The notes beneath the pieces are model-generated. The model ran no database searches. It saw only the letters and a program-made list of their open reading frames with translations, and was not told where the DNA came from. A stretch of DNA of 64,000 nt from positions 10,233-74,232 of the forward strand of contig CBFIBL010000029.1 of NCBI GenBank assembly GCA_965660865.1, in the 5' to 3' direction. Numbering within the stretch: the first letter of the stretch is position 1; each line of letters opens with the position of its first letter. Made by a program: the position numbers and the translations under genes. Source of the stretch: Luminiphilus sp. GTDB lineage: Bacteria; Pseudomonadota; Gammaproteobacteria; Pseudomonadales; Halieaceae. This document shows, piece by piece, positions 26,278 to 36,731 of the stretch.

Positions 26278-28233
26278 ATGAACTCATCATTACGCAAAGT
26301 CGTCATTCTTGGCCTTTCAATTCTTTCCCTGAGTATCAATTATGCGTTAGTAGCTGCACCCGCCTATTCAAATAAAACGCCTTTGGATGTTTTTGCCGCT
26401 CACCCTGAGTACGAGGAGATAAAACTAAGCCCTTCAGGTAAGTATTTAGCCGCAACGTTTTTTAATCCTGAGGATGTCACCGAGTCGAGACTTGTCGTAC
26501 TCGATATTACCAACTTTGACATCACCGCCGTGGCACATGTGCGGGGTAATGAATTCATCGCAAACTTTTTTTGGGCAAATGACGAACGGTTAGTGGGTCA
26601 AATAGCGAAAAAGGTGGGTTGGCAGGATGCGCCGTTTTTGACCGGTGACATGGTTGCCATGAACTGGGATGGTAAAAAAAAGCGATGGATTTTTGGCCAG
26701 CGTAAAACAGGAGGTGGACGATCGGTCAATGGTGCTTCAGTCATTAGTCTACTTCCCGATGAAAAGCGGAAAATACTGATCGCCTCTAACAACTATGCGT
26801 CCAGACGGGGCAGCTACACCGAGGCTATAGTCCTAGACATCTACAATGGCCGAGAACGCTTATTAGCAAGAGCCCCCGCGCGAAATGCGCAGTTACTGAC
26901 AGATGGAGAAGGGAACTTACGCTACGCATTTGCCAGTAATCCTGATGCTGATAACGCTAACGAGATCTACGAGCGCATCGACGATAAATGGAAGTTAACC
27001 AGTTCATCACCCCCGTCAGACGGGTCGATACTACCTATCGGCTTTACATCCAATAATGAATCGATCTACGTAATCGACAATACTGATCACGATCTTGAAA
27101 CCCTCAAAATTGTCGATCCGAAAAGTGGCGCAAAAACGACTGTCTTCCAACATGAATCCGTGGACATAGACTCGCTAGAAATGTCTCGGGGGGGTGCTCT
27201 CGTGGGTGTCTATACCGAGCCCGACTACCCGGTCTTCACAGCCATAGACACAGACAGCAAATATGGTGCAGCGGTAAATCGTATTCACGAAACCTTCAAG
27301 GGGTATCGGGTGAGAATCTCGTCGTCCACGGCCGACGAGTCTATGATTACATTCTCCGTTGAAAGTGATGTGTCACCAAAAGTCTTCTTCTTATATAAGA
27401 CTACAACCAATCAGTTCGTTCCAATCGCTAAAGCGCTGCCTGCTGTTGTTCCAGGTGCTATGGCCAAGATGACGCCATACAACCTAACCGTGAGAGATGG
27501 TGTTCAGGTCCCCGTGTATCTCACTTTACCTAATGCCGGCAATGCCCCCTACCCCATGATTGTAATGCCGCATGGAGGACCTCATGGCGTCAGAGACTAC
27601 TGGCGTTATGACCCTTACGTGCAAATGCTAGCTAGTAGAGGTTACGCCGTCCTTCAGGTTAATTTCAGAGGCTCTGGTGGATACGGACGAGACTTCCTGT
27701 ACTCCGGCTACGGACGTTGGGGCTTGGAGATGCAAGACGACGTAACTGACGCAACACTGTGGGCGATTGATCAGGGGGTAACCGATCCTGATTCGATTTG
27801 TATTTTTGGCGCGTCTTATGGTGGATATGCATCCCTCATGGGTGTTGTTAAAGAACCAGACCTGTATGCCTGCGCTATTGTTTATGTCGGCGTTTACGAT
27901 CTTGAGATGATGCTCACAAAGGGCGATATTCCTGAGAGTAAATCAGGCCAAAATTACCTAGATCAAGCGTTAGGTACTGACCTACAAAGCATCAGGCAGC
28001 GCTCGCCTATTAATAGTGTTGATAAACTCAAAGCTCCACTGCTCATTGTCCACGGGGCTAAAGACCGAAGAGTCCCCATAGATCAGGCCGAGGCATTGCG
28101 ATCACGACTTGATGAGCTGGGTAAAGACTATGAATGGTTGGTCAAGTCGGGTGAGGGGCACGGGTTTTACGACAAAGAAAATCGCGTCGAGCTTTACGAA
28201 ACGATGTTGGATTTCTTAAGTCAAAATCTGTAA
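26278..28233 (+). CDS. Secreted S9-family serine peptidase (prolyl oligopeptidase/dipeptidyl peptidase type) with N-terminal beta-propeller
   Basis: ATG at 26278 after GGAGG, then a signal peptide. Catalytic triad context GASYGGY (Ser), HGAKDRRV (Asp), GEGHGF (His). Confidence 0.85.
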   Translation: MNSSLRKVVILGLSILSLSINYALVAAPAYSNKTPLDVFAAHPEYEEIKLSPSGKYLAATFFNPEDVTESRLVVLDITNFDITAVAHVRGNEFIANFFWANDERLVGQIAKKVGWQDAPFLTGDMVAMNWDGKKKRWIFGQRKTGGGRSVNGASVISLLPDEKRKILIASNNYASRRGSYTEAIVLDIYNGRERLLARAPARNAQLLTDGEGNLRYAFASNPDADNANEIYERIDDKWKLTSSSPPSDGSILPIGFTSNNESIYVIDNTDHDLETLKIVDPKSGAKTTVFQHESVDIDSLEMSRGGALVGVYTEPDYPVFTAIDTDSKYGAAVNRIHETFKGYRVRISSSTADESMITFSVESDVSPKVFFLYKTTTNQFVPIAKALPAVVPGAMAKMTPYNLTVRDGVQVPVYLTLPNAGNAPYPMIVMPHGGPHGVRDYWRYDPYVQMLASRGYAVLQVNFRGSGGYGRDFLYSGYGRWGLEMQDDVTDATLWAIDQGVTDPDSICIFGASYGGYASLMGVVKEPDLYACAIVYVGVYDLEMMLTKGDIPESKSGQNYLDQALGTDLQSIRQRSPINSVDKLKAPLLIVHGAKDRRVPIDQAEALRSRLDELGKDYEWLVKSGEGHGFYDKENRVELYETMLDFLSQNL

Positions 28234-28328
28234 GCCTGACGCCTATACATTTGGCAACGTTCGACGCGCGCCTTTTGAGAACATCCAAGACCTCTGGATC
28301 GCATTAATTGCTTGATACATCTCAACAC

Positions 28329-28356
28329 AAAAAAGCCCCTACCTAGGGGCTTTTTT
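28329..28356. terminator. Bidirectional intrinsic terminator between the S9 peptidase gene and tRNA-Leu
   Basis: AAAAAAGCCCCT-acct-AGGGGCTTTTTT: perfect 7-bp stem with an A-run and a T-run. Confidence 0.85.
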
Positions 28357-28380
28357 CGTCACAATGTCACGTCGTAATAA

Positions 28381-28466
28381 TGGTGCGGAAGGGGGGACTT
28401 GAACCCCCACAGCCAAAGGCCACTACCCCCTCAAGATAGCGTGTCTACCAATTCCACCACTTCCGC
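28381..28466 (-). tRNA. leuU: tRNA-Leu, anticodon GAG, type II (long variable arm), CCA encoded
   Basis: Reverse complement GCGGAAG...CTATC-TTGAGGG-GGTAG...GGTTCAAGTCCCCCCTTCCGCACCA folds as a cloverleaf. Anticodon loop uuGAGgg. Position downstream of secG as in E. coli. Confidence 0.9.
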
Positions 28467-28480
28467 AAGTCGTGTAGCAC

Positions 28481-28849
28481 TCAGTCGATCGGGAGATCGC
28501 TTGTGCCTGGATTTTCGTCTGCATCACCCGCTAGCGGTAGATTGCCAACGGGAGCCAGAGGAGCCGCTTCCACGGCCTCCAGAGGAACATCAAAGCCGAG
28601 ATCATCCGACTCAGCATATTGCTGGTCTGCAATCATTGCCAGCCCAAAACTCGTCGCAAAGAAGATGGCAGACAACCACCCTGTGGCAGACGTCAATACG
28701 TTGCCACCACCCGACGAGCCAAAGACTGTTTGTGATGCGCCACCTCCGAAGGAAGCGCCCACATCTGCGCCCTTGCCTCGCTGTAGCAAGATTAGTCCAA
28801 TAATGGCTAGGGCTACCAAAAGGTGGACAACTAAAATAACCTGATTCAC
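28481..28849 (-). CDS. secG: Preprotein translocase subunit SecG
   Basis: GTG at 28849 preceded by GGAG. LLQRGKGADVGASFGGGASQTVFG signature. Acidic C-terminal extension. Confidence 0.85.
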   Translation of the reverse strand: MNQVILVVHLLVALAIIGLILLQRGKGADVGASFGGGASQTVFGSSGGGNVLTSATGWLSAIFFATSFGLAMIADQQYAESDDLGFDVPLEAVEAAPLAPVGNLPLAGDADENPGTSDLPID

Positions 28850-28943
28850 CGATATCTCCGAGCGCGGTTCTAGACCGTGTTCTATCGCCAACAATAAAGG
28901 AGCGCGAGTCTACCCAAGAGGCGCCCGCGGGGCAAGACTCTTA

Positions 28944-30284
28944 TTACGCCGCTTGACGTATCGCGTCAGCCACCTCATTAGCTAGGGTAGCTATAGCAAC
29001 TGTTTCATGGCCTTCCACCATGACGCGAATCACAGGCTCAGTGCCCGACGGTCGCAGTAACAATCTTCCGCGACCAACAAGCTCACGCTCAACACGCTCA
29101 CAAGCATCGCTGATTTCTTGATGCGCCGATATGTCGAAGCCCTTGCTAATACGTACGTTTACAAGCACCTGAGGTAGCGGTGTGAATCCCGCTGTCAGCT
29201 CCTGAAGTCCGCGCCCCGAGGCCACAACCGCAGCCAACACTTGCAAAGCCGCAATAACTCCATCACCTGTGGTACTGAGATTACTGCAAATAATGTGGCC
29301 GGAAGACTCACCGCCGAGACTCCAACCTTCAGCCACCATAAGCTCTTTCACGTAGCGATCGCCAACCTTAGCCCTGGCGAGTCGCAATCCGTTGTTCTCG
29401 AGCGCCAATTCAAGGCCCATATTCGTCATCAATGTTCCAACAACGCCCGCATCTTCCTCGCCAAGCGCCAAGCGATGCATGGCCAGGATATAAAGCACAT
29501 CGTCGCCCGTCAGGAGTTCGCCCGTCTGATTAACCATCTGCAAGCGATCGCCGTCGCCATCAAAGGCAATCCCGAGGTCAGCCCTCTCCTCGATGACACG
29601 CCGTTGAAGCGCTAACGGCTCAGTGGATCCAACACCGTCATTAATGTTGTAACCGTCGGGAGAGGCGCCCATCAAAATAATATCTGCCCCCAATTCTCCA
29701 AAAACATTAGGCGCAATGTGATAGGTCGCTCCATGCGCACAATCGATCACGATTTTGAGTCCTTTTAGGCTCAGTTCGTCGGGAAAGGTTGACTTGCAAT
29801 ACTCAATATATCGGCCTGCGGCGTCGGTAATTCGGCTCGCCTTACCCAACTGCTCGGAGCTCACCGTCTCAATTGGCGCGTCGATCATTGCCTCAATCTG
29901 AAGCTCTAGCTCATCGGAAAACTTGCTGCCCTGGCCATTAAAAAATTTGATGCCGTTATCGAAGTACGGATTATGAGAGGCGCTGATCACGATGCCCGCG
30001 TCCGCTTTTTGTGTTCGTGTCAGAAGGGCAATTCCCGGAGTCGGCAGTGGGCCCAGCAGTTTTACGTTTGCGCCCGCTGCTACCAAGCCAGCCTGCAATG
30101 CGGACTCCAGCATATACCCCGAAACTCGAGTGTCTTTTCCAATAAGCACGGTCGGTCTTGAGCCGTCCGCAGCCGAAAAGACCTTACCGGTCGCCCAGCC
30201 TAACTTAAGCATGAAATCAGGCGTAACTGGCGTGTCCCCGACTCGCCCTCTTATGCCATCAGTACCAAAATACTTGCGAGACAT
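28944..30284 (-). CDS. glmM: Phosphoglucosamine mutase
   Basis: YFGTDGIRG N-terminus and active-site SASHNP. 446 aa. Confidence 0.95.
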   Translation of the reverse strand: MSRKYFGTDGIRGRVGDTPVTPDFMLKLGWATGKVFSAADGSRPTVLIGKDTRVSGYMLESALQAGLVAAGANVKLLGPLPTPGIALLTRTQKADAGIVISASHNPYFDNGIKFFNGQGSKFSDELELQIEAMIDAPIETVSSEQLGKASRITDAAGRYIEYCKSTFPDELSLKGLKIVIDCAHGATYHIAPNVFGELGADIILMGASPDGYNINDGVGSTEPLALQRRVIEERADLGIAFDGDGDRLQMVNQTGELLTGDDVLYILAMHRLALGEEDAGVVGTLMTNMGLELALENNGLRLARAKVGDRYVKELMVAEGWSLGGESSGHIICSNLSTTGDGVIAALQVLAAVVASGRGLQELTAGFTPLPQVLVNVRISKGFDISAHQEISDACERVERELVGRGRLLLRPSGTEPVIRVMVEGHETVAIATLANEVADAIRQAA

Positions 30285-30306
30285 TTAGCTTCCCCTAACC
30301 AATACC

Positions 30307-31170
30307 TTAAGAAGCGCTGTCCAAAGCACCCCTAGTCGCCACCCACACGGCAAGTGCGTCTGCTGTCTCCACAACATCGTGCACTCGGACAATCGACGCG
30401 CCGTTTTGTGCGGCAATGACTGCCAAAACCGCACTGGGTACAACTCGCTCCTCGGCGGGTCGCCCCGTGACAGCACCGATCATAGACTTACGAGATACGC
30501 CTACCAAGATCGGCAGCTGGAATGCGGCAAAGTCAGCAAGCCGGCGTAACATTTCGTAATTCTGCGCCACCGTTTTACCAAAACCAAATCCGGGATCAAT
30601 GACAATTTGGTCGCGCTGAATGCCCATTTTAATACAGGCCTCGATTCGATCCCGCAGAAACACAGAGACGTCTTCTACAACATCATCGTAGTCCGTATGC
30701 GCCTGCATTCGGTCAGGCTCCTCCGACATGTGCATCACTCCTACAGGCAAGCCACTTGCAGCTGCTGCCGCAAGGGCCCCTTCGCGCCGGAATGCTCGAA
30801 CGTCATTAAGCAATCCTGCCCCTACGCTCGCGCTCGCAGTCATAACTTCGGGATTACTGGTATCAATCGAAAGAACAACATTGAGCCGAGAAGTGATCAG
30901 ATCAACAGCGCCCATCACTCGGTCGAGCTCTTCCTGCGTTGATACCGGTGTTGCGCCTGGTCGTGTTGATTCTCCGCCAATGTCCAGAATCGAGGCACCG
31001 GCTGCGACCATGTTCTCCGCTCGCACAAGTAACCTGTCAGCGTTGATAGTGCCGCCTGAGTAAAGTTCGCCACCGTCTGAAAAAGAATCGGGCGTCACGT
31101 TTAAGACGCCCATAATCTGAGGTGTGGTAAGAGACAGCGTCTTCTGACCACACTGAAGTGATTTGACCAC
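30307..31170 (-). CDS. folP: Dihydropteroate synthase
   Basis: GVLNVTPDSFSDGG, DIGGESTRPG. Conserved position between ftsH and glmM. Confidence 0.9.
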   Translation of the reverse strand: MVKSLQCGQKTLSLTTPQIMGVLNVTPDSFSDGGELYSGGTINADRLLVRAENMVAAGASILDIGGESTRPGATPVSTQEELDRVMGAVDLITSRLNVVLSIDTSNPEVMTASASVGAGLLNDVRAFRREGALAAAAASGLPVGVMHMSEEPDRMQAHTDYDDVVEDVSVFLRDRIEACIKMGIQRDQIVIDPGFGFGKTVAQNYEMLRRLADFAAFQLPILVGVSRKSMIGAVTGRPAEERVVPSAVLAVIAAQNGASIVRVHDVVETADALAVWVATRGALDSAS

Positions 31171-31187
31171 GCTGTGCAGTTGAGTGA

Positions 31188-33098
31188 TCAGTGAGTGACT
31201 GGATCACCCACGGCATCGTCCCCGGAAGATGCTTCAGGGTCCGAGGGCGGCTCGGTTGGACCGTTCGACCAATCAGATGGTGGATTAGGCTTTTTACCCG
31301 CCATGATGGCATCGATCTGCTCTGAGTCGATCGTCTCGTACTGCATCAAAGCCTCTGCCATCATATCCATTTTGCTACGATGCTCTTCTAAGATGCTGCG
31401 CGCTTTGTCGTAGCACTCATCGATGATCGTCCGCACCTCTTTGTCGATTGCGAGAGCAGTCTCATCAGACATAGCCTTAGAGGGCTGCGCCGCACTGCGC
31501 CCCAAAAAGACCTCTTCACCACCTTCGTCGTACATCAAGGGACCCATAGTGTCGGAAAGACCCCATTTGGTTACCATGTTCCGAGCAATTTCAGTGGCGC
31601 GCTGAATATCATTAGAAGCGCCTGTTGTGATGCCCTCCTTGCCAAGCGTCATTTCTTCGGCGACTCGGCCACCAAACAAACTCGTTATCTGGCTCACGAT
31701 GTGTCGACGGCTGTGGCTATAACGATCCTCTTCTGGCAGAAACATCGTGACACCCAACGCGCGACCGCGAGGGATAATCGAGACCTTGTACACTGGATCA
31801 TGCTCCGGCATCAAACGTCCGACAATCGCGTGCCCTGCTTCGTGATAAGCCGTATTCAGCTTTTCCTTTTCGGACATCACCATAGAGCGACGCTCGGCGC
31901 CCATCATGATCTTATCTTTCGCCAATTCAAACTGCTGCATACCCACGGTACGCACACCAGCACGCGCAGCGAAGAGGGCCGCCTCGTTAACAAGGTTGGC
32001 AAGATCCGCACCAGAGAAACCCGGCGTGCCCCTGGCAATTTTCGACGCCTCAACGTTCTCGGCTAACGGCACCTTGCGCATGTGAACCTTCAGAATCTGC
32101 TCTCTACCACGAATATCGGGGAGGCCAACCGTTACCTGACGGTCAAAGCGCCCGGGACGCAAGAGCGCCGGATCGAGTACATCTGGACGGTTTGTGGCTG
32201 CGATGACAATCACACCATCGTTACCGCCAAAGCCATCCATTTCCACCAACAACTGGTTCAGTGTTTGCTCGCGTTCATCATGACCACCGCCAAGCCCAGC
32301 ACCACGATGGCGACCCACGGCATCGATTTCGTCGATAAAGATAATGCAAGGCGACTGCTTCTTCGCCTGATCGAACATGTCTCGGACACGGGAGGCACCA
32401 ACACCCACAAACATCTCAACGAAATCGGATCCGGAAATGGAGAAAAATGGCACTTTGGCCTCGCCGGCAATGGCCTTCGCTAAGAGGGTTTTACCCGTGC
32501 CAGGCTGTCCAACCATCAGTACGCCACGGGGGATACGACCACCCAGCTTTTGGAAACGGCTCGGGTCACGCAGGAACTCGACGAGTTCTTGGACATCTTC
32601 TTTGGCTTCATCAACGCCCGCCACATCAGCGAAGGTTGTTGTGATTTGGTCCTCGCCCAAGAGTTTGGCTTTGCTCTTACCAAAACTCATGGGGCCACCA
32701 CGGCCACCGCCACCGCCTTGCATCTGACGCATAAAAAACATAAATACCGCTAGAATCAGCAGAATCGGGAAGCTCGCAACCAACAATTGCGTCCACACCG
32801 ACTGCTGCTCAGGCTTCTTGCCTTCAACGACCACGTTGTGTGCTAACAGGTCGTCCATTAATTTGGGATCTTCCACCATCGGCCTTACTGTTTCGAAGCT
32901 GGAGCCATCCTTCCGCTCAGCTGAGATGGTGAGGCCATCAACTACCACCTTCGACAGCCGATTGTTCTGTACCTCTTGAATGAAGGCTGAGTAGCCCAGT
33001 TGCTCTTTCTGGCCCTGGGTATTGAAGTTGTTGAAAACCGATAGCAGCACAGCAGCAATCGCTAGCCACAACAACATATTCTTCGCCATATTGTTCAA
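31188..33098 (-). CDS. ftsH: ATP-dependent zinc metalloprotease FtsH
   Basis: Walker [12 protein letters not shown] region, HEAGHA zinc motif, N-terminal TM helices. Confidence 0.97.
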   Translation of the reverse strand: MNNMAKNMLLWLAIAAVLLSVFNNFNTQGQKEQLGYSAFIQEVQNNRLSKVVVDGLTISAERKDGSSFETVRPMVEDPKLMDDLLAHNVVVEGKKPEQQSVWTQLLVASFPILLILAVFMFFMRQMQGGGGGRGGPMSFGKSKAKLLGEDQITTTFADVAGVDEAKEDVQELVEFLRDPSRFQKLGGRIPRGVLMVGQPGTGKTLLAKAIAGEAKVPFFSISGSDFVEMFVGVGASRVRDMFDQAKKQSPCIIFIDEIDAVGRHRGAGLGGGHDEREQTLNQLLVEMDGFGGNDGVIVIAATNRPDVLDPALLRPGRFDRQVTVGLPDIRGREQILKVHMRKVPLAENVEASKIARGTPGFSGADLANLVNEAALFAARAGVRTVGMQQFELAKDKIMMGAERRSMVMSEKEKLNTAYHEAGHAIVGRLMPEHDPVYKVSIIPRGRALGVTMFLPEEDRYSHSRRHIVSQITSLFGGRVAEEMTLGKEGITTGASNDIQRATEIARNMVTKWGLSDTMGPLMYDEGGEEVFLGRSAAQPSKAMSDETALAIDKEVRTIIDECYDKARSILEEHRSKMDMMAEALMQYETIDSEQIDAIMAGKKPNPPSDWSNGPTEPPSDPEASSGDDAVGDPVTH

Positions 33099-33245
33099 AT
33101 CACCATCCTCCGGCTCGACGTAGGTGCTTTACGGCCCTGCAGTATAGCGGGCTATGTGCACAACACGCATCTTTACCACGTGGAGACGCCTCACGAATAT
33201 TTCAAGGGTCTAGCAGAGGTTTACGCACATTTCGCCCCAATGGGT

Positions 33246-33869
33246 CTAAGTACGAAAGCCCTTGGCAACAACATACACCTCCTTTGAGCGCGGTCTAGAG
33301 GCGGCGGGCTTGCGACTATTGACTGTTTTGAAATGACTTCGGACCAATTTAAGCCAATCGTCAAAGCCTTCGCCGTGGAACACTTTTGCAGCAAAAACGC
33401 CATCCGCTGGCAGCATCTGTACAGCCATATCCAAGGCCAATTCGACAAGGTACATCGCCTTCGGCTGATCAACAGAAACAATACCACTCATATTGGGCGC
33501 CATATCCGACAACACAACTGATGGGACCGAATCTCCGATAACTGCCTGTATCTCGTCAAAAACGCATTGCTCAGTGAAATCACCCTGTATGAAGTCCACG
33601 CCGGCAACGGCATCCATGGGGAGAATATCGCTAGCAATAACGCGCCCATTATGGCCAACAAGCTGCGCTGCAACCTGTGACCAGCCACCAGGTGCGCTAC
33701 CGAGATCAACCACCGTCATACCGGGCTTGATGAATCTGTCTTTATCATTCAACTCAAGCAGCTTGTAGCAGGCTCTGGACCGATAACCCTCCGTTTGCGC
33801 GCGCTGAACATACACATCGTCTCGATGCTCTTTCAGCCAGGCCTTACTCGAACCGCGCTTCTTCGCCAT
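33246..33869 (-). CDS. rlmE: 23S rRNA (uridine2552-2'-O)-methyltransferase RlmE/FtsJ
   Basis: SKAWLKEH...[23 protein letters not shown] motif. Upstream of ftsH. Confidence 0.93.
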   Translation of the reverse strand: MAKKRGSSKAWLKEHRDDVYVQRAQTEGYRSRACYKLLELNDKDRFIKPGMTVVDLGSAPGGWSQVAAQLVGHNGRVIASDILPMDAVAGVDFIQGDFTEQCVFDEIQAVIGDSVPSVVLSDMAPNMSGIVSVDQPKAMYLVELALDMAVQMLPADGVFAAKVFHGEGFDDWLKLVRSHFKTVNSRKPAASRPRSKEVYVVAKGFRT

Positions 33870-33946
33870 TTATCGGGACTCCTGTTGTAATGAGCGATAG
33901 AATACCACTTGCCACCTAAGACTTTTCATTCAACGAGAGCCCGACC

Positions 33947-34249
33947 TTGAATAACCGACTCCTTAAGCAGTACCGAGCAATCGCACACAAACTCAACCCC
34001 ATCGTAACCGTCGGTGGCCAAGGGTTAACTGAAGGTATTCGAGCCGAGCTTGAGCGCGCCTTGAATGACCACGAGCTTGTAAAAATCAAAGTGAGCGTGG
34101 GTGATCGTGAAGCGCGTGATCAGGTGATCGAAGCCTTGATCGAGGGATGTGGTGCTGAGCTCGTGCAAAAAATAGGACACACAGCGACCCTGCTCCGACA
34201 CACACCCAACGCTGACCCCAGAAAATCCAATCTGCAACGCCCGCTTTGA
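33947..34249 (+). CDS. yhbY: Ribosome assembly RNA-binding protein YhbY (CRM domain)
   Basis: KLNPIVTVGGQGLTEG...ELVKIKV pattern matches YhbY. TTG start. Divergent from rlmE as in other gammaproteobacteria. Confidence 0.85.
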   Translation: MNNRLLKQYRAIAHKLNPIVTVGGQGLTEGIRAELERALNDHELVKIKVSVGDREARDQVIEALIEGCGAELVQKIGHTATLLRHTPNADPRKSNLQRPL

Positions 34250-34587
34250 TGTCCAACGTTCTCGAATTCCCCAGTCGCGAAAAACAAGCCTATCAATTCT
34301 TAACCGAGCAACTCAGCGCACTGCTGATCGAGAAAGGCGCGGATGAGGAATTAATCAGTCACGCAACGCAGTTGCTGAGTAAAGTATACGGGGAACTTGG
34401 GGAAGCTGACTTTTCGTTTTCCGTAGACCTGCCATCTGGCACTGAACTGGAAGATGCCGAACGTCTTCAACAGCAAATTGGGGAAGGTGTAGAGGCCCTA
34501 CGTAGACACCATCACGCGCTGACACTCAAGCTCGCTACAAAGTTATTACTGACCGAACTTCAGCTCTACCAACAATCCAGAGACTAA
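34249..34587 (+). CDS. Hypothetical acidic helical protein (112 aa)
   Basis: ATG at 34249 overlaps the yhbY TGA (TGATG). No recognised motif. Confidence 0.4.
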   Translation: MSNVLEFPSREKQAYQFLTEQLSALLIEKGADEELISHATQLLSKVYGELGEADFSFSVDLPSGTELEDAERLQQQIGEGVEALRRHHHALTLKLATKLLLTELQLYQQSRD

Positions 34588-34609
34588 TCCAGAGACTAGT
34601 CCAGAGCTA
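34575..34609. repeat. 12-bp tandem repeat x3 (atccagagacta) spanning the stop codons of two convergent genes
   Basis: atccagagacta / atccagagacta / gtccagagcta. Contains the TAA of the 112-aa ORF (34585-34587) and the stop of feoB (34607-34609). Confidence 0.9.
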
Positions 34610-36430
34610 AGGCAGTAATAAACTCGCCAGCGAGTAGACCAACCACGCAATAATCCAAGCAAGCACGAGATACCCAAACAGTAACGTCAGTGCAAACCGA
34701 GATGACTTCGCTTCGCGCGCCAATAGTGCAACGGTGGATACGCACTGAAGCGCGATAGTGAAAAAGACAACGAGCGCGAGACCCGATGCAGCTGTGAGCC
34801 CCGATACCGCTATTTGATCTGCCAGCGAGGCTGGATTCTCTTCGGCACTTTCGATGCCAAAAATAGTGCCTAAAGTTCCGACGAACACCTCACGCGCTAG
34901 GAAGGAGGCAATAATCGCAACGCCATACCGCCAATCAAGACCGAGCGGCGAAAAAATTGGTTCAATAAAGCGACCCAGCGCCGCGAGCCAAGAAGATGAC
35001 AAATCCTCTCCGCCATTAGGAAAATAGCCCAGAAACCATACGACGACCGTCACCGCAAAAATGACGCTACCAGCCTTTTTAATAAAATGCATTGCACGGT
35101 TGAACGACTTACTGATGATGGGTCGAAGCTCAGGTAGTCGATACGACGGAAGCTCAAGAATAAAGGCCTGATCTGATGAGCTGTTATCGCCCATCCGACT
35201 GACCACTGCAGCAACAACAAGCGCCATCATGATGCCAAAGAAATAAATGCCCGACATAGCAAGCCCCTGCCAACCAATCAGCCCACCCAACGCGGTTTCA
35301 TCGGGGATCAGAATGGCAATCAACAGCGCATAAACGGGTAGTCTCGCGGAACAGGGCATCAGCGGAATCGCAACATACGTTAGAAGTCGTTCTTGCCTTG
35401 ACGACATAGTTCTTGCCGCGTAGATCGCTGGGATCGCACAGGCAACACCGGAAAGCAATGGCACGAAGCTCTTACCTGAGAGGCCAAAGAGGCTGAGTGG
35501 GCGATGGCAAATCAAGGCTGCACGGGCAAGATAACCCGAGTCTTCCAGGGCCCCCACAATCATGGTGAGAATAAATACCAGCGGTGCAAATACGAGGAAG
35601 GCGCCCAGTCCCCCAAAAATTGCATCGCTTACAAAGTCCGCGACGATACTATCTGGCAGGTTCAGCGCCACCCAACTGCCAATCGCAATAACAACCGACT
35701 CTACGCCATCCATCAACGGTGCGGCCCAGGTAAATATCGCCTGAAAGAACAGCGTCATGATAAGGACGAAGGCAATACCACCGGTAAAAGTCCCGAGCAG
35801 CCAGTGATCAAGTTGCGCCTGTCGACGAACCAGTAGGTCTCCTTTTGGCGCGAATCGATCGGCAATTTGATTGGCAGTACCGATGAGCAGCGCATCCGGC
35901 GTGTCCGCCCACGGGGGAGGCTCGGGACTCGGGCCTCTCAGCACCTCCTCTGCTTCGGATAACCCGGCTCCTGTGCGAGCACTAACCGGAAAAACGAGGA
36001 CACCAAGCGCCTTTGACAATCCCGCCACATCGATATCGAGAGCATCAGTCTCGATGATGTCCATCATATTGAGAAAAACAACAAAAGGTTTCCCGGCTTG
36101 CGCACATTCTCTAGCAACCTGGAGGCAGTACGTTGCGCCCTTCTCCAGTCGGGTCGCGTCCCAGATCATGGCGACAAGCGCGTGATCATCGCCACGAAGC
36201 GCGGTCCTGAGTGTATCAATTGCTACCTGTTCTTCACCCGAAACAGCATTAAGGGAGTAAGTTCCAGGAAAATCCCATACTGTCACACTCGGATCACTTT
36301 TAAGTGCGCCAGTGCCCACATCGACGGTAATCCCAGGGTAGTTGGCAACTTTGTGGCTCAAACCGGTGAGCTGATTAAAAACTGCACTCTTACCCGAGTT
36401 CGGTGCGCCTACCAGTAAAATATTATTCAT
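34607..36430 (-). CDS. feoB: Ferrous iron transporter FeoB
   Basis: N-terminal G domain (GAPNSGKS, NYPGITV, DFPGTYS) followed by a polytopic membrane domain. 4-nt overlap with feoA. Confidence 0.9.
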   Translation of the reverse strand: MNNILLVGAPNSGKSAVFNQLTGLSHKVANYPGITVDVGTGALKSDPSVTVWDFPGTYSLNAVSGEEQVAIDTLRTALRGDDHALVAMIWDATRLEKGATYCLQVARECAQAGKPFVVFLNMMDIIETDALDIDVAGLSKALGVLVFPVSARTGAGLSEAEEVLRGPSPEPPPWADTPDALLIGTANQIADRFAPKGDLLVRRQAQLDHWLLGTFTGGIAFVLIMTLFFQAIFTWAAPLMDGVESVVIAIGSWVALNLPDSIVADFVSDAIFGGLGAFLVFAPLVFILTMIVGALEDSGYLARAALICHRPLSLFGLSGKSFVPLLSGVACAIPAIYAARTMSSRQERLLTYVAIPLMPCSARLPVYALLIAILIPDETALGGLIGWQGLAMSGIYFFGIMMALVVAAVVSRMGDNSSSDQAFILELPSYRLPELRPIISKSFNRAMHFIKKAGSVIFAVTVVVWFLGYFPNGGEDLSSSWLAALGRFIEPIFSPLGLDWRYGVAIIASFLAREVFVGTLGTIFGIESAEENPASLADQIAVSGLTAASGLALVVFFTIALQCVSTVALLAREAKSSRFALTLLFGYLVLAWIIAWLVYSLASLLLP

Positions 36431-36684
36431 GACTCAGGCTCGCGGATTTTAACACGCTCTGCGGCAGCACGATCAAGGCTGTAGGTAGCGCCCCCAACTG
36501 CAAAGACACGAGGCGCGCCGAAACCGGGAATTACCAAACAGGTAGCCCGCTGTCCCTCACGAAAGCCAATATCCCTAAGCCTTTGGCTAGCAGCATCTAC
36601 TTTATCACCCTCAACGCCCTCAACTAGCGCAGATTCGCCAACTGAAAGGTCCCACAGCGACGATAAATTAGGAATATTTGGCAT
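36427..36684 (-). CDS. feoA: FeoA-family protein
   Basis: 85 aa, SH3-like FeoA pattern (L.DL..G..A.V..V...........RL.D.GF..G). Directly upstream of feoB. Confidence 0.8.
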   Translation of the reverse strand: MPNIPNLSSLWDLSVGESALVEGVEGDKVDAASQRLRDIGFREGQRATCLVIPGFGAPRVFAVGGATYSLDRAAAERVKIREPES

Positions 36685-36731
36685 GGTGGTTGCGCGTATG
36701 GTCTTGAGCGAGTCAAGTTCAGGGCAACGCC

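Noticed and set aside
28381-28466. Integrated mobile element at tRNA-Leu
   Set aside because: No integrase, excisionase, transposase, phage or conjugation gene is present. I found no duplicated tRNA 3' segment acting as an att site anywhere in the window.
36692-36701. The 10-mer gcgcgtatgg, identical to the 22683 microsatellite unit, also occurs upstream of feoA
   Set aside because: It is a single copy with no flanking similarity. It is most simply a chance match and not evidence of a dispersed element.
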